64,000 nt of DNA, filler included, from Sphacelaria rigidula (GCA_964200075.2; 8 parts of 8 records of this genome joined end to end with filler, not necessarily neighbours in it); one strand, 5' to 3'. Positions 27,708 to 40,127 are shown, counted from the whole stretch's first letter. Notes: generated from the sequence alone by a model not told the origin. Made by a program: numbers and translations.

Positions 27708-27966
27708 TGTAATGCGTGAGAGGACCGCGTGCTTAGAGGGCCGCGCTGTAGTTCAAAACACCTCAGGATCGACGTTTTTCAAAATCAATCGAGTCAGTCC
27801 CTGCAGGTACCACGCCCCTAACCCTTACCACAACACTAACCCTAACCCTAGCCCTAATCCTAACCCTAACCCTAACCCTAACCCTAGCCCTAACCCTAGC
27901 CCTAACCATAGGGTTGTTCAAATTCCGATGCGGTCCTCTAAGCACGCGATCCTCTCACGCATTACA
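27708..27966 (+). mobile_element. TGT..ACA MITE with an internal (CCCTAA)n tract, TSD CCCTG
   Basis: TIR tgtaatgcgtgagaggaccgcgtgcttagagg / cctctaagcacgcgatcctctcacgcattaca; ccctg flanks both sides; telomere-like hexamers at ~27815-27907. Confidence 0.92.
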
Positions 27967-28112
27967 CCCTGTGCCCCGAACCCTGTGCCCCGCGTTAGTT
28001 ACGGGGCGCAGTCTGGAGATGTAATAGCATGGGCTCTTGGCCCTTGAAGCCGAAAAATGCAGACCAGGAAAGAAGGAAAATGTGTTCCATTCAGAGATGG
28101 GGTGAGTGGGTG

Positions 28113-28323
28113 TGTAATGCGTGAGAGGACCGCGTGGTTAGAGGACCGCACCGCAGTTCAAAACACCTCAGGATCGACGTTTTTCAAAATCAATCGGGTC
28201 AGTCCCTGCAGGTACCACGTCCCTGACCCTAGCCCCAACACTAACCATAACCCTGAGGCTAACTACAGGGGTGTTCAAAGTCCCATGCGGTCCTCTAAGC
28301 ACGCGATCCTCTCACGCATTACA
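28113..28323 (+). mobile_element. TGT..ACA MITE copy 2, TSD GGGTG
   Basis: Same TIRs; gggtg at 28108-12 and 28324-28; shorter, degenerate telomeric tract. Confidence 0.92.
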
Positions 28324-28777
28324 GGGTGGACCAACGTGGGTTCCCAAACCACTGACCACACCCAAGACAATGAAAGTGACGCTTTCCCTTTCCACGATCG
28401 CTTTGCCTTGCACGTTTCCTACAATCAAACTCCGTATTTCTTCTACTGCGTTGTGATGATCGTGTAAAGAGACTTGAAACAATACGTCCGATGTCGCCAC
28501 TGTGCACCCTCTTTGTGGCGGAGCGCATTCTGAAGGTGTTCCGGTATAACTTCGCGCTCACCGGGGGCAAAATGTAGGCGAGTATGAGATTTGTGAGAGA
28601 AGGCGCGTAACACTATGGAGCAATATGCGCGGCTCGCCGTCATACCGTCGACAAAACCCGCGCCCGGCTTTTTCACCGCAACGTTTCATTGTATTTTCCC
28701 TGCAATCAAGGATCTTAAGTTCGATAGAAATATAGCTGCATTACAGTACTGCATGCCATGTCGCAACGAAAACGCAC

Positions 28778-28994
28778 TGTAATGCGTGATCACTGAGAGG
28801 ACCACGTGCTTAGAGGACCGCATCGGAATTCGAACACCCCTATGGTTAGGGTTAGGGTCAGGGTTAGTGTTAGGGTTGTAGTCAGGGGCGTGGTACCTGC
28901 AGGGACTGACCGATTGGTTTTGAAAAACGTCGATCCTGGGGTGTTTTGAACTACGACGCGGTCCTCTAAGCACGCGGTCCTCTGACGCATTACA
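28778..28994 (-). mobile_element. TGT..ACA MITE copy 3, TSD CGCAC
   Basis: Same TIRs in opposite orientation (ggttagggttagggtcagggttagtgttaggg inside); cgcac flanks both sides. Confidence 0.92.
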
Positions 28995-29153
28995 CGCACG
29001 ATCCCCTCATCCACGAATGCCGAGACTTGAAGCTCGATGGATCTAGCTCACCTCCGCCCCGCATTTTGTGATTTCGTACACTGTCGAGGATGGTCGTTTT
29101 TCTCTCATAATGCACGTGATGTATGCTTCCATGCGTTCCTTATGGAATATCAG

Positions 29154-29372
29154 GACATCGTGAGGATGAAGGTATCCTTCTGGAAGGGGGCCATTCGCCC
29201 TAGAAGATTCAGAGTGAACCTGAAAAACAGAGGTGTGGATGATGAAGAATACGAGTTTGAGTCCACTTTCACCGACGGCTACGAGAACTACTACCTGAAC
29301 AGCGACGAGACCGAAGAGCTGTGCGTCCAGTCCATCGACCTGGGCAACTCGGAGTGGTTCAGCCCCAATGAG
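29154..29372 (+). CDS. Exon 3 of the secreted F5/8C/CBM32-like protein (3' end uncertain: donor at 29373 or read-through to the stop at 29516)
   Basis: cag acceptor, phase 0; DIVRMKVSFWKGAIRPRRFRV..YENYYLNSDETEELCVQSIDLGNSEWFSPNE resembles the C-terminal half of a galactose-binding-like beta-sandwich. Confidence 0.8.
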
Positions 29373-30471
29373 GTTCGTTGCATGACCTTTCCAATAGGTT
29401 ACTCCTCCAGCCACAGATCGTACAATAATACGGGAACGGGAACGGATACATATTACACGCCCGGTATTTATGGCTTGGGTGCCCAGAACGAAGAACAAAG
29501 CATGTGTAGTGATTGAATGAAATAGGTAGGTGAGGATTGTGACAGCAGTATAATAATGGCGCTCATAACAGTGGTCGATCAGAAATCAGGTTTTATCGCG
29601 CTGTTTTCGCGCGAAGAGTATTCGGAGTGCTGAATGAAGACGAATCACACTTACATGGTAAATATGAATCTAGGCACTGGAGGGTACATGGAATAAAATG
29701 GGCTCAAATGTGAACCAGAGGGTTTCGCAAAAAACAACCGGACACGTTTTCGCATGAAGCACTTATTATATCCACATTGATTCTTGCTTGGGTTAATTCC
29801 TAAAGCGCAGTCTTGCTATTTCGTGCTGAATGGTCGTCCAGGGGGGGGAGGGGGGTACCTCGGACGAAATAATATCCATCTGAAAGATGCCGCGTCGCAG
29901 TACTAACGGGCAAAGACACGAGGTGGCTTAGACTGTAGGAGCACGATGCGGCGCACAGAGGATACAACGTGTTGTAATATCGTTGGTGGTACACTAGTAA
30001 ATAAGACCGAGATAGGCTCATCACCTAGAACGGGTAGTGTATGATCTTGACGTTAAGCGTGTGGCCGCAACATGCAGGTCTTGGCCGCTTGTTCCCGCTT
30101 GCCTTCTTACACTCGGCGGTTTGTCTGGGCACCTCCACTGTAGATTGACCCCACAAGTTGTAGACTCGACGGAACCTCAGATATCTGGGCGGGTTGAAGT
30201 GGAATTTTCGCGTGATATTCCCTCCGCTCTACTCGGGTGCATATCGAATTCGCGCGTTTTGTTTTTACGCGAGCGCCTTTTTTTCACACATTCTAATACT
30301 CGACGATTACTCAATCGAGCAGACACTCTGGAGAACACTCTGAGCAACAAGTATGGCGCCTGATAGTCTCGAAATAGCGCACTTCATCCGGCAGGCCCCA
30401 CACGACCGAGCACCGAGGTGTCGGCGTGCTGCTGCGCAAATCAGCACGGAACCAATATCAACTAGGCAGAC

Positions 30472-30779
30472 TGTAATGCGTGAGAGGACTGCGTGCTTGG
30501 AGGACCGCATCGGAATTTTAATATCCGTATGGCTAGGGTTAGGGTCAGGGTCAGTGTCGGGGTTATGGTCAGGGACGTAGTACCTGCAGGGACTGGCCCG
30601 ATTGGTTTTGAAAAACGCCGAGCCTGAGGTGTTTTGAACTACGGCGCGGTCCTCTAAGCACGCGGTCCTCTCACGCATTACACCCCAACCCAAGCACTAT
30701 CCCTATCCCTAACCCTAATCATAGGGATATTCAAATTCCGATGAGGTCCTCTAAGCACGCGGTCCTCTCACGCATTACA
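30472..30779. mobile_element. Composite TGT..ACA MITE: full inverted copy (30472-30682) plus an extra right half (30683-30779)
   Basis: Three TIRs. The outer flanks cagac/caaac form a near-TSD; the inner end is followed by cccca, which does not match. Confidence 0.82.
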
Positions 30780-31074
30780 CAAACCTCTGGGTTCATGTCG
30801 CTGACAACGAAGCTACCTGCTCACAAATGTTCGATTGCAGGAGTACCCAATGCATTTGTTCACCCTCACGGTACATTTCCTTTTTTTTGCCACGCTTCCA
30901 ACCATTCTCTTTCCTCGCGAGGACTCCGTAGTCCCCAGGACCAACCGACCTCGTCATCGGCATAATATGTCATGCATTTAATGCTCGAGAATGGGATCAG
31001 CACTCCCGCACCGCGTCGACTCTCATCAAACAAACCCAGTCAAACCGTTTTGCCCCTAATATCCTCACGCGTTC

Positions 31075-31322
31075 GAGTGATGCTACGGTAGGGGGGTGCA
31101 TACATATTGATGAGGTTAAAATTGTGAGGAGCCCGCCATCTCATCCAGAACACGACTTATGAAATGCTTCGTACGTGAGAGTACGTCGGACGTCAGGAGG
31201 TTTACTATTATTCCAGTGTGCTAGGGATATCCCGCATATTCTCGTGCATCTAGAATCAATAGAAACCCATGGACTAGACAAGAGTTTGCCCGAAAAGTAC
31301 ACCCCCTACCGCAATATTGCTC
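31075..31322 (+). mobile_element. Third, more diverged copy of the GAG-terminated MITE
   Basis: gagtgatgctacggtagggggg..accccctaccgcaatattgctc with internal homology to 6860-7116; TSD eroded. Confidence 0.75.
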
Positions 31323-32208
31323 TTTTCATAGACGGGAATCAGATGTTTCGAAGAAAACCCTATGCATGTCCGGCGGAAATCGAAGCGCGGTTCTTTCCAC
31401 CATCACGATGTTAGTTGTACCATTACACCACTGGGACGCGGTGGGAGCAGTATTGTGTCGTTGGATATTTGAGACACCGATACACACTAGACTCTTTAAC
31501 ATGATTATATTTACCCTCACATTCCCCCATGCGCCACCCGTGTTTGTAGCTCAAGTTCATGGTGAAGGACTGAACAGCGTCGCTGCTCACGACACCACGG
31601 AGAATGCAGGCCACACCGCGCCCGATGTTCTTCAAGCGAACGTTTCCTGAATGGCTGGCTGATATGGCTCCGTGTAGTCTTAGCTGTAAGCTGGGCCAAA
31701 ACATGGCGTCTAGGCGCAAGTCGTTCCGAGGGTCGCCAGAGGCGACAGCCAAGGACTCTCGAGTCCATTCGGCAGTTCACGGTCATGCAATATCGGCTAT
31801 TTTCGCAGTCGAGAAACACCGTAGTTCATACGAAGTATCCTCGCACACAGCGGAGAGGGGGCGTGTGCAAGTGATGCTGTTTGGGGGGGGGCGGGGGGGG
31901 GGGGGGGGGGGCTCAACAGAAAGGTGTTTTTTCGCCGCTAGTTGGTGTTTTTGTATNNNNNNNNNNNNNNNNNNNNNNNNNNNNNNNNNNNNNNNNNNNN
32001 TTAATTAATTAANNNNNNNNNNNNNNNNNNNNNNNNNNNNNNNNNNNNNNNNNNNNTATCCGTACTGGTTATATCTTCGGTACTTTTGATTTGCATGTAA
32101 GGTGGTCAACCTTCATGCTGTTTTTTACATGTCTAGGTTTTGGGTTTATTTTCGTCTTGCGTTTGTTATAATATGACGGGGAAGAATCTCGGTTCTTTTC
32201 CGCGATTC

Positions 32209-32627
32209 CATGTCTATGTCCGGGCTGTGTTATGGTAGGTTAAATAAAAAGGAGGCTTAGCTTTTCTGTTTCATGTCTATGTCTGGGCTGTGTCATGGTA
32301 GGTTAAATAAAAAGGAGGCTTAGCTTTTCTGTTTCATGTCTATGTCTGGGCTGTGTTATAGTAGGGTAAATATAAAGGAGGGTTAGCTTCTCTATTCCAT
32401 GTCTTTGTCTGGATTCTGTTATGATGGGTTAAATAAAAAGGAGGGTTAGCTGCTCAATTTCATGTCCATGTCCGGGTTGTGTTATGATAGGTTAAATAAA
32501 AATGAGGCTTATCTTCTCTATTTCATGTCTATACCCGGACTGTGTTATAGCAGGTTAAATGTAAAGGAGGGTTATCCTCTCTGTTCCATGTCTATGTCCG
32601 GGCTGTGTTATGATAGGCTAGATAAAA
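32209..32627. repeat. 63-bp minisatellite, about 6.6 copies
   Basis: catgtc(t/c)atgtc units start at 32209, 32272, 32335, 32398, 32461, 32524 and 32587. Confidence 0.95.
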
Positions 32628-32827
32628 TGTGTTTCCGGGGGAAACCATCTGGTTGTTTAATTTTTCATGTTGTGTCCGTCTGTCCGGGATTTTTTTTAGT
32701 GGCGGTCCCCCGTATATGTACGGTGACAGTCTGTACATTTGTGTAGGTTTTGGTGGCTTGTTTTGCAGCGCCGTTGCCACTCGACGCCGGCCCAAGAGTC
32801 TAGAGGTGAGCGGGGGAAATTCCCCCC

Positions 32828-33082
32828 GGGGGGGGCATGTACTCATGATCTTGCATGCCATAGTCATCTGACCATTGACCTCGCATCCCTACAAAGCCGG
32901 GACGGAGTACGCCGGTTTTTCGCTGGGCCAGGCTCGCAATCAATCACCAAGCGCGAAGCGTGGTGTGCTCGGCGCGTCGCATGAAGGGTCAGCTGCATCC
33001 TGCTAAGATTGTTAGGCCCGAAGCGTACTGATTATCTTGCATTTGGATGACGGCCTTAATGAATTGCTTTATTTTCTGGTAT
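32828..33082 (+). repeat. Body of the GAG-TIR family element lacking the terminal 17 bp
   Basis: Homologous to 25048-25310. Confidence 0.75.
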
Positions 33083-33140
33083 CGCCACTAGATCCAGTCA
33101 GTTGAAGTGAGACAATCAATTAATCGATCAATCGACGAAA

Positions 33141-33455
33141 TAGCCGCTCCGCCTCGGTGGTCTGACATGTAGAACTGAAACTAAATAGATCGGAAGAATA
33201 CTGGTTCAATTCCCGCCAGGCGGTATTGGCCTTTTTCTGAAAATTATGTGATTCCCGCCCATGTAAACGCGAAGACGTGAGTAGCAAAGAAGGTTTATAC
33301 GATGACAGTCCACATGGTGCTGACTAGTCATGACCCAACCCAAAATACCAAAAGCCAAGGCGCGTACCGAGGAATAAATGAGTTGATTGCTTGTGACGAT
33401 GGACTTGTCCCGAGGAAGATGAGGGGTTGAAATTGTGACGGAAAAAAAAAAGAAG
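33141..33455 (+). mobile_element. Possible tRNA-derived SINE (second family)
   Basis: B-box-like ggttcaattccc at 33203, A-box-like tggtctgacatg upstream and an A-run at 33442-51. Single copy in this window. Confidence 0.35.
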
Positions 33456-34302
33456 ATATGCCACGAAAAGATTATCCTCTTGGCGCCCCCGGACGGACAC
33501 CTGATTCTGACTGCCCTTTTCCAAGCGAAGATGATGACGATTTAGGGCGCACCTGGGCAGTCAAAGGTTTAACGCCTGACGAGTGCAGTATCGCAATTGA
33601 GAGCTTCTTGACGTCATCTTTGACCGGTCGTTCGAGTTGTTTCAACTTGCGTGGTGAGAGCTGTGTGTTTCATCTTTCAAGTATCGATATTATTATTTTT
33701 TATTTTTGTCGCACCTTAACTGACCCCCCCGGGGTCCAGCCGTCTTCTCGTGATAGATGGAAGAGAATATTCGTGCCGTAAGAATGCCTGAGTCGTGCAG
33801 TATCAGACAACTCCGGAACCCCTTTTTTCGGCCGTCGGCATAACTATTGTGAGTATAAATACCTTAATAATGGGACAGTTTGGTGAACTGTATTTTTTTT
33901 CCACACAAAACCTGGGGAACTAACTCATGGCGCGGAGGGGATAACAGCGGGTTTTCCGTAGCGACCTAGCCAGCTTCGTATTCACACTAAAATCCACTCT
34001 AGATAAGAAAATGGTTTTCTAAAACTGTTTTTTGAAAGCTACCTGATGAAGATTTTGTTTTGGTGGTCGGTCATTCGAGCCGTTGGGAGTTTGGTTACCT
34101 ATATGGTCGCGTGGGCGGCCCGTGACGTAGTGGCTTGTGTGCAGTGCATTCGCGGGAAAATACGCGGAGTGCAAAGGAACTACGGGCAAGCCCTACCGTA
34201 TGTTGCCCCGCCATGAATTCGGGCATTCAACTATCCACCGGAAGATGGTCTCACCCCTGCATTGCGATTACGCGTGCCCAACCCACAATACACAACACAC
34301 AG

Positions 34303-34616
34303 GCAATTGCGACAACCTCGAAAGGTCACGGCGTCTGCTAGATGTCGTGGTAACATCCGTGCTACTCGACGCCGGAGCGGGCGACGTGTGGAAGTATCGC
34401 GAGTCCGAAACGGGGTTCGAAGCTGGGCGCAGCGAAGGCCTCGGGGTTGCCAGCTTCCACATGTTTCAAGCGGGAGCATTTTCCAGCGACGCCCAAAACT
34501 TTCCGCACAGAGCGGATTCGGTGGGGCTCAAGGGACTCGCGGATGATGCTGTCCGCACGGCCTTCCAAGTGGATGATTCAACAAACCCTCTCGTGGGATG
34601 CGACGGAAGAACTCAG
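34303..34616 (+). CDS. URC4: Internal exon of a URC4/DUF1688 (uracil catabolism protein 4-like) gene
   Basis: LDVVVTSVLLDAGAGDVWKY..GRSEGLGVASFHMF..FQV..NPLVG..GRTQ; cag/gt splice sites. Confidence 0.88.
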
Positions 34617-36301
34617 GTATAGCTCCTTCCGTTTTTTCCAAGAGTAAGGCCGTGTCTTCGCAGATTAGTGTTCGATCGAAAAAGTGCCGTGGAAAAACAA
34701 AAATGTGCTAAGACACGCCCTAATGATATATGTTCGAATAAACACGAAATCATTCTGAAGCGGAAGAGTCCACGTTTGTGAATCGTGCGGCTTCTTTAGC
34801 TTGCGCTAACGAGTACTTTTTGCTTCGGTCGGTCATTTACTGACTGTATATACCCTCTTGAATTTCCGTGGTTACGTGCATGTATTTTTTTCGGGCTTGT
34901 GGTGCAAATAGCATTCTCTGTTTTTGCTTTCTTCCCCCCCAAATCTTTGATCCCCCTCCCTTCTGGAGGGCGAGAGTCCGTTGTCCCCGAGGAACTCTTC
35001 CTTGGTACGGTGTGAACACCATGGCGCAGCGTTCTATGTGGTGTGTGTCCCGTGGTAATGGGATGACACGTACAAAGAGCCCCATTCAGTCAATGGCACC
35101 TATAGCAGGAAGTGCAAGGCCCTTATATTCTCCTACTTCTTGTAACCCCCCTCCCACTCCCACCTCATCCTGGGGAGGATCCCATAGTCTCAAGCAAAAC
35201 CACCCACGTCTTCCCGGACACTCGGCTTGCACTTTGCTCTCTAGCATTGAATCAGCTGGTATAGTCTATCCCAACCCGTCGCCGAAATTCCATGGTGAAG
35301 CAATGTCTGGTTTCAGTGTGGACCACCACAATCGGATATTTAGGGGGCTAATAGGCACAGGTTCGTGCGCATTCTCACTCTCATTGGCACTGCAGACGCC
35401 AATTCGAGCTCGTGTAGATCCTACCCTCCCCTTGCCCAAGGGTTGTCCATGTGCCTTTTGGTGGAGGGTTGGGTATAGAGTTTGGTTCACTCTGGTCGTC
35501 ATCGTAGATGTAGTGTTTAGGCAGATGTGGGCACTCACGGTCTATGTGCGTCCAGATCTTGCGACATTTTTGGCGGCTGGACTGTAGCGTACTGCTCACT
35601 TTGCTGCACTATCACTTACAGATGGCCGTATCGGGCATCTCTGCTGCACAACGGTCGTTTTTTTTGTCAACTTCGCGGCTTTACGTACGATGTGTGTTTA
35701 ACGAGCTCGTGCGTCGAACTTCGCCCAAATATCAAAGTAATACTGTGACTGTGACTGCGCTGCACATCAGTCGAGGATTTTTTCCGCGTTCTATCGTGCT
35801 ATTCCTGTCCGTTCAACAACGGTATATTCGGTGACACGGGCTTCAATGTTTGGGGAAACTGGAGAATTGCGTGAAGCCGATGTGGAATTTTCCGAAATTC
35901 TGTGCGCTGTAAATGACTAGTGCCCCCTACCAAGGAAAATCTGCAGGATGACAATTGTAGCTGTTCGGAGACATCCGGTCCGTCTCTGAGTTCCGTGCGG
36001 TTGTCTAGACATCAAATATTTACTCCGGAACAGTACGGCAGCGGCGTGTGCAGATTACAGTCGCCACGCGACCGCGAGCGATCTACGATGAAGCCAAGGC
36101 TGCAAATGGTAGATGCGGTCGAAACAGATCTCACCAGCAGCTGTCCAGGGTGTGTCTCGGGTGCCGATGATTTGTGTGCGTTAGAAAAGATGTAGCAAAT
36201 TGATGCCAAATCGTCAGTCTCGTGGCTGCTACTACTATACCCGAATAGGAAGAGCGACGCTCCCTTCCCGCATGTCCATGTGTTGTCAACGCGAACCATA
36301 G

Positions 36302-36421
36302 GTGCTCAAGCGTTTGGGCGTAGCTATGGAACAGCACCCGGAGTTTTTCGAGGCTGGAGGCGTTTTCCGCCCGGGAAATATGGTGGATTATCTGCTCACC
36401 CAGACGGAGCCCGGGACAAAG
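36302..36421 (+). CDS. URC4: Internal exon of the URC4/DUF1688 gene (not in the ORF track)
   Basis: tag|VLKRLGVAMEQHPEFFEAGGVFRPGNMVDYLLTQTEPGTK|gt; 120 nt, phase 0-0; RPG..DYL motif. Confidence 0.85.
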
Positions 36422-39400
36422 GTACGACGATGCAAAGCGATCCATTACCGGGTCATATGATGTGTACGTTGTTTATCATTTTTTCTTAAGCCCGTTAATC
36501 GACAGGTTGGGTCACCTGGTCGTTCATCGGTGGGGGGCCCGGAGGGTGACTTGCGTGTCTCCCTCGAGATCCATTTTCTGGGAGACTTCATAAGAATAAC
36601 TTGCTAAATAGGACAAGACTTTCACTCAGCATCTCGGCGGGTGTTCCGTTCCATTGCCGGATCTTCGTACAGGTTATTACTTGCTTTTAGTGTACTCTTA
36701 GGTTCCTGGGCATATGGCCACCTTCTACCGGTGCGCCCCACGACGCTTTGCGGTGCCCATTCGGGTACCACGTCTATCTCGTAACTTGTACTCTTGGCGG
36801 ATCAGGTGATGTGTGACACCCAATCGGTCAGTCAGTCACTCAATCAATCCGTTGACAGAGGGTCATGATCTACTGGTGCAGATTAGGTGGACCTCTCATT
36901 GCCCGAGGATTCACGATCTGTCGTTATGCATGCCAGGGTCACGGGTTCGGGATAGGGTTCGGGTGCGTGAGCCTGCATAGAGCTAGGGTATGGAAAGATA
37001 CGTCGCGAGATGGCAAACGGGTTCCAGACAAGGAAACGCGCACGTATATACGAACAAAATCAGATCGCCGCGCCTCACGGGTCAAACTAAGACACAAAGA
37101 CTGGTCTGGGTGGATGGTTTTGTTGTTTTGAACCCCGACAGTAGATGATAATCTTTCCCTCCGTTTTCCGTCAAAATGCGTACGCAAGGGAAGTGGCTTA
37201 AGATCACTTTTTATAGCAGCCTGTTATGGATCTCAATTTGGACCAAGTCGGGGAAGCTCAGATTCGTATGTCACGATTTGAGAACGGGTTTCCCCGAATC
37301 TGAGCGCAGATCGAGGGAAAATCGAGGTCCCCCGGATCTGTGGCAAGTGACGTACGTACAGTGACGTGAAGTGATAGGACACCAGGCGTTTGATATTTTT
37401 GCGACCGCAGCAGCAGACAGTTTCGTGACAGCACAGCACAGGCCGTGCCTGCCTGCGCTAGCTGCTGGAGCAGCTTCGCACGGGGTTTGACAAGCGGAAG
37501 AGAGGTGTTGACGCCGTGCCCTGCGGTGATGGTAAAATATTATGCGGCACTGCGCTGCCATATGTATCATCATACCGAACGGTACTATCCTACTCTCTAC
37601 TGTCGCTGTACTTGCAGAGTGATGAATGGCACTGCACTCGTGAACTCTCGTCGCACACTGTACACTGTTCCCGCAATACCGACTGTACCATCATGTATTA
37701 CCACACGGCATTATCGTGTACTGTGATGGTGACAGTGAGTGTACTGTTCTGTATTATACCCTAGGGTACGACGGTACGACGCTGTTATTGAAGAATGGTT
37801 CACTGCCTGCTTGTTCTTCGGCTTCACTACTGTGATACCACATCCCTGCAGAAAATGACCCTCCGTGTGCGGAACTATTTCAACAAATCTGTGAAGCCAT
37901 AATGGGGTACAAACATATCTGAGTTCCGCGAATCTGAGATCCCCCAATTTGCACAGATTGGGGTCCCGCCAGATCCGGGATTGGTCCCCATTAAAAGTGT
38001 TCTGGGTGATTCGATCGAAGTCGACGGGCTACGGGAGTGCTTATAGTCATTATCCAATGCTCGATAGCAAAGTGCAGGGTAAGTAACTACCGGGGGGGGG
38101 GAAATGCGTTTATCGTTCAGGACTACGGGCTCGCCTTGAGGAAGGGGGGGCCGGGGGGGTTGAAAATATGCCAAAAAAACGTTAGGTGGATTTAGCGCAG
38201 CAGATGATGGGGCAGGAGGGCGAAGTCGCTCCGGTCTCCATCGATGTTGAAAAGAGAGATGTTTTGACTCCTTTGCATTGGCGACAACGAGAGCAATAGC
38301 GGTAACACCCCTGTGCCCCTGTTTCATGTGTCGTACGGTATGCGACACAGTACAGATGCGCACGCTAGATACCACACCCCGAACAGTATCCCCGGGTAAT
38401 GAGTTTGCGACTAGTTTTGGCATCATATCGTTTCCAACGGTACCATCCCAGGGTACGTTGCATAGCACCCCCCAAAGGTAACTTCCCACGGGTGATGAGT
38501 TTTCGGGGATAAAAAAACTTGCCACTTATCACCCCGTCACATACGCTGACATCTTCGTGGGTCTTGGGGAGACAGCTGGCTGTCGCGATCCGTGTCTCGT
38601 TGTTGATGTTCTAACGAAGAAGGTAAAGTCTTGAGAGCGTGCGATGGTGGGTTATTTTCCAGATAATCCACGTTATGCACCAGTCCGAACGTGTTGTGAC
38701 TTGAGCATTCATGTACGCATGGGCGCTTGTCTACAAGAAAATATTCCGAAATGTTCGCAATTGAGGTTTCAAATCACCCTGCGGAAAGCACGTACTCCAC
38801 GCTCCTGGGCTCATGTCATATTCTAGTATATGCACTATATTATTATTCATCTACTTGTGCTACAATATTGTTCATCTCCTGCTTTCACGCCGGGCTCTGC
38901 TCCGCTCCGTATGTTGGACGTTGGTATCGGTGTTGTCCTTCCTCCATGTCCAGCTCAGACCCCCTCCGCGCCCTCCGCTTTCAGAGTATACTTGCTTTTA
39001 CCAGTTGGCCTGGTAATTAATCTAAGATCCTTTGACGGCCGAGCATATCGCAGTGATGCTTAAAACCTCGTTCCACATTTCAAGTATTGGAATGCATTTC
39101 TCTGGATTCGTACGCCGTGTACACCGCGGCAAGTATATTGCCCGTGTACAATACAAAGTAGTCGACTGGATTTGTGTGACGTGAGTTCATGCAGTGCGGG
39201 AGTGCTGACTCAATCCGCGAGACCAAAATGGAAGGCGCGTACCGGGAGAGAGATGGATTGATCCCTTGAGACCACGGACTCATCCCGAGGAAGGGGAGGG
39301 CTTCAAAGCGAGAAAAAAAAAATTCCCTGCGGCGAAGGTCCTTGAACTCCCCCTCGGGTACTACTGTACACGTCATGACTGTGTTACTGGTCGGAGCGAA

Positions 39401-39659
39401 TGATGCCTATTTTGATGTCGATTGACACACTACGGTGATGAGTACTGCAGCATCTCGGGGGGAGGTTATGGGATGGGATGATGGGGGATCGGTATTCCCA
39501 TCTACAGTACGGGTGCCTTTCCCTACCTCAAGGATATTTCTCCGTACCACAGGGTCAGTCTCCGGTAGGAGGGCTGTATCCTCCCCTGAGATGGAGGTGC
39601 ACCCTTTTCCAACCCCTCATTGCTCCTTATCCCGTCACTATTCCGCCTGGTATCTCCAG

Positions 39660-39866
39660 AATGTGTCCATTACAAAGGTTTGGGAGGTTGTGATGTACGG
39701 TTTCGAGGCAATGTGGCCGAAGGCGCGAACGGAGCTAGACGGGTGCAGCATGGGGGATGTGTGGAGGCACCCCTTACTGCCTGATGATGGCAGTGGGTGG
39801 TCGCAGCTGGTGCCGTTTCACAAGCTGTCCCAGTGGCTCACGTACTCCCTCATGGAACCGTTACAG
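39660..39866 (+). CDS. URC4: Internal exon of the URC4/DUF1688 gene
   Basis: cag|NVSITKVWEV..WP.ART.LDG..MGDVW.HP..LVPFHKLSQWLTYSLMEPLQ|gtga; signature FHKLSQWLTYSL. Confidence 0.92.
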
Positions 39867-40127
39867 GTGACCGAAGCGTTTTCTGTTTGTGTGAACGTGC
39901 GTGTGCGCGTGGGCGGGGCGAGGGGGGGGGGGGGGGTACTAAGCGGGGATGGGCGGAGGGGGGGGGACTCNNNNNNNNNNNNNNNNNNNNNNNNNNNNNN
40001 NNNNNNNNNNNNNNTTAATTAATTAANNNNNNNNNNNNNNNNNNNNNNNNNNNNNNNNNNNNNNNNNNNNGGGGTCCAGCCGTGGGCCCTTCCGCCCCCC
40101 CCCCCCTTTCTTGGGGACTAAGGCAAG

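Noticed and set aside
27815-27907. True telomere or chromosome end
   Set aside because: Short, degenerate and enclosed by TIRs and a TSD.
32209-32627. CRISPR-like array
   Set aside because: Head-to-tail units with no unique spacers and no cas genes; eukaryotic context.
37225-37990. Weak inverted similarity between 37228-37265 and 37930-37967
   Set aside because: Too degenerate to define an element; no TSD found.
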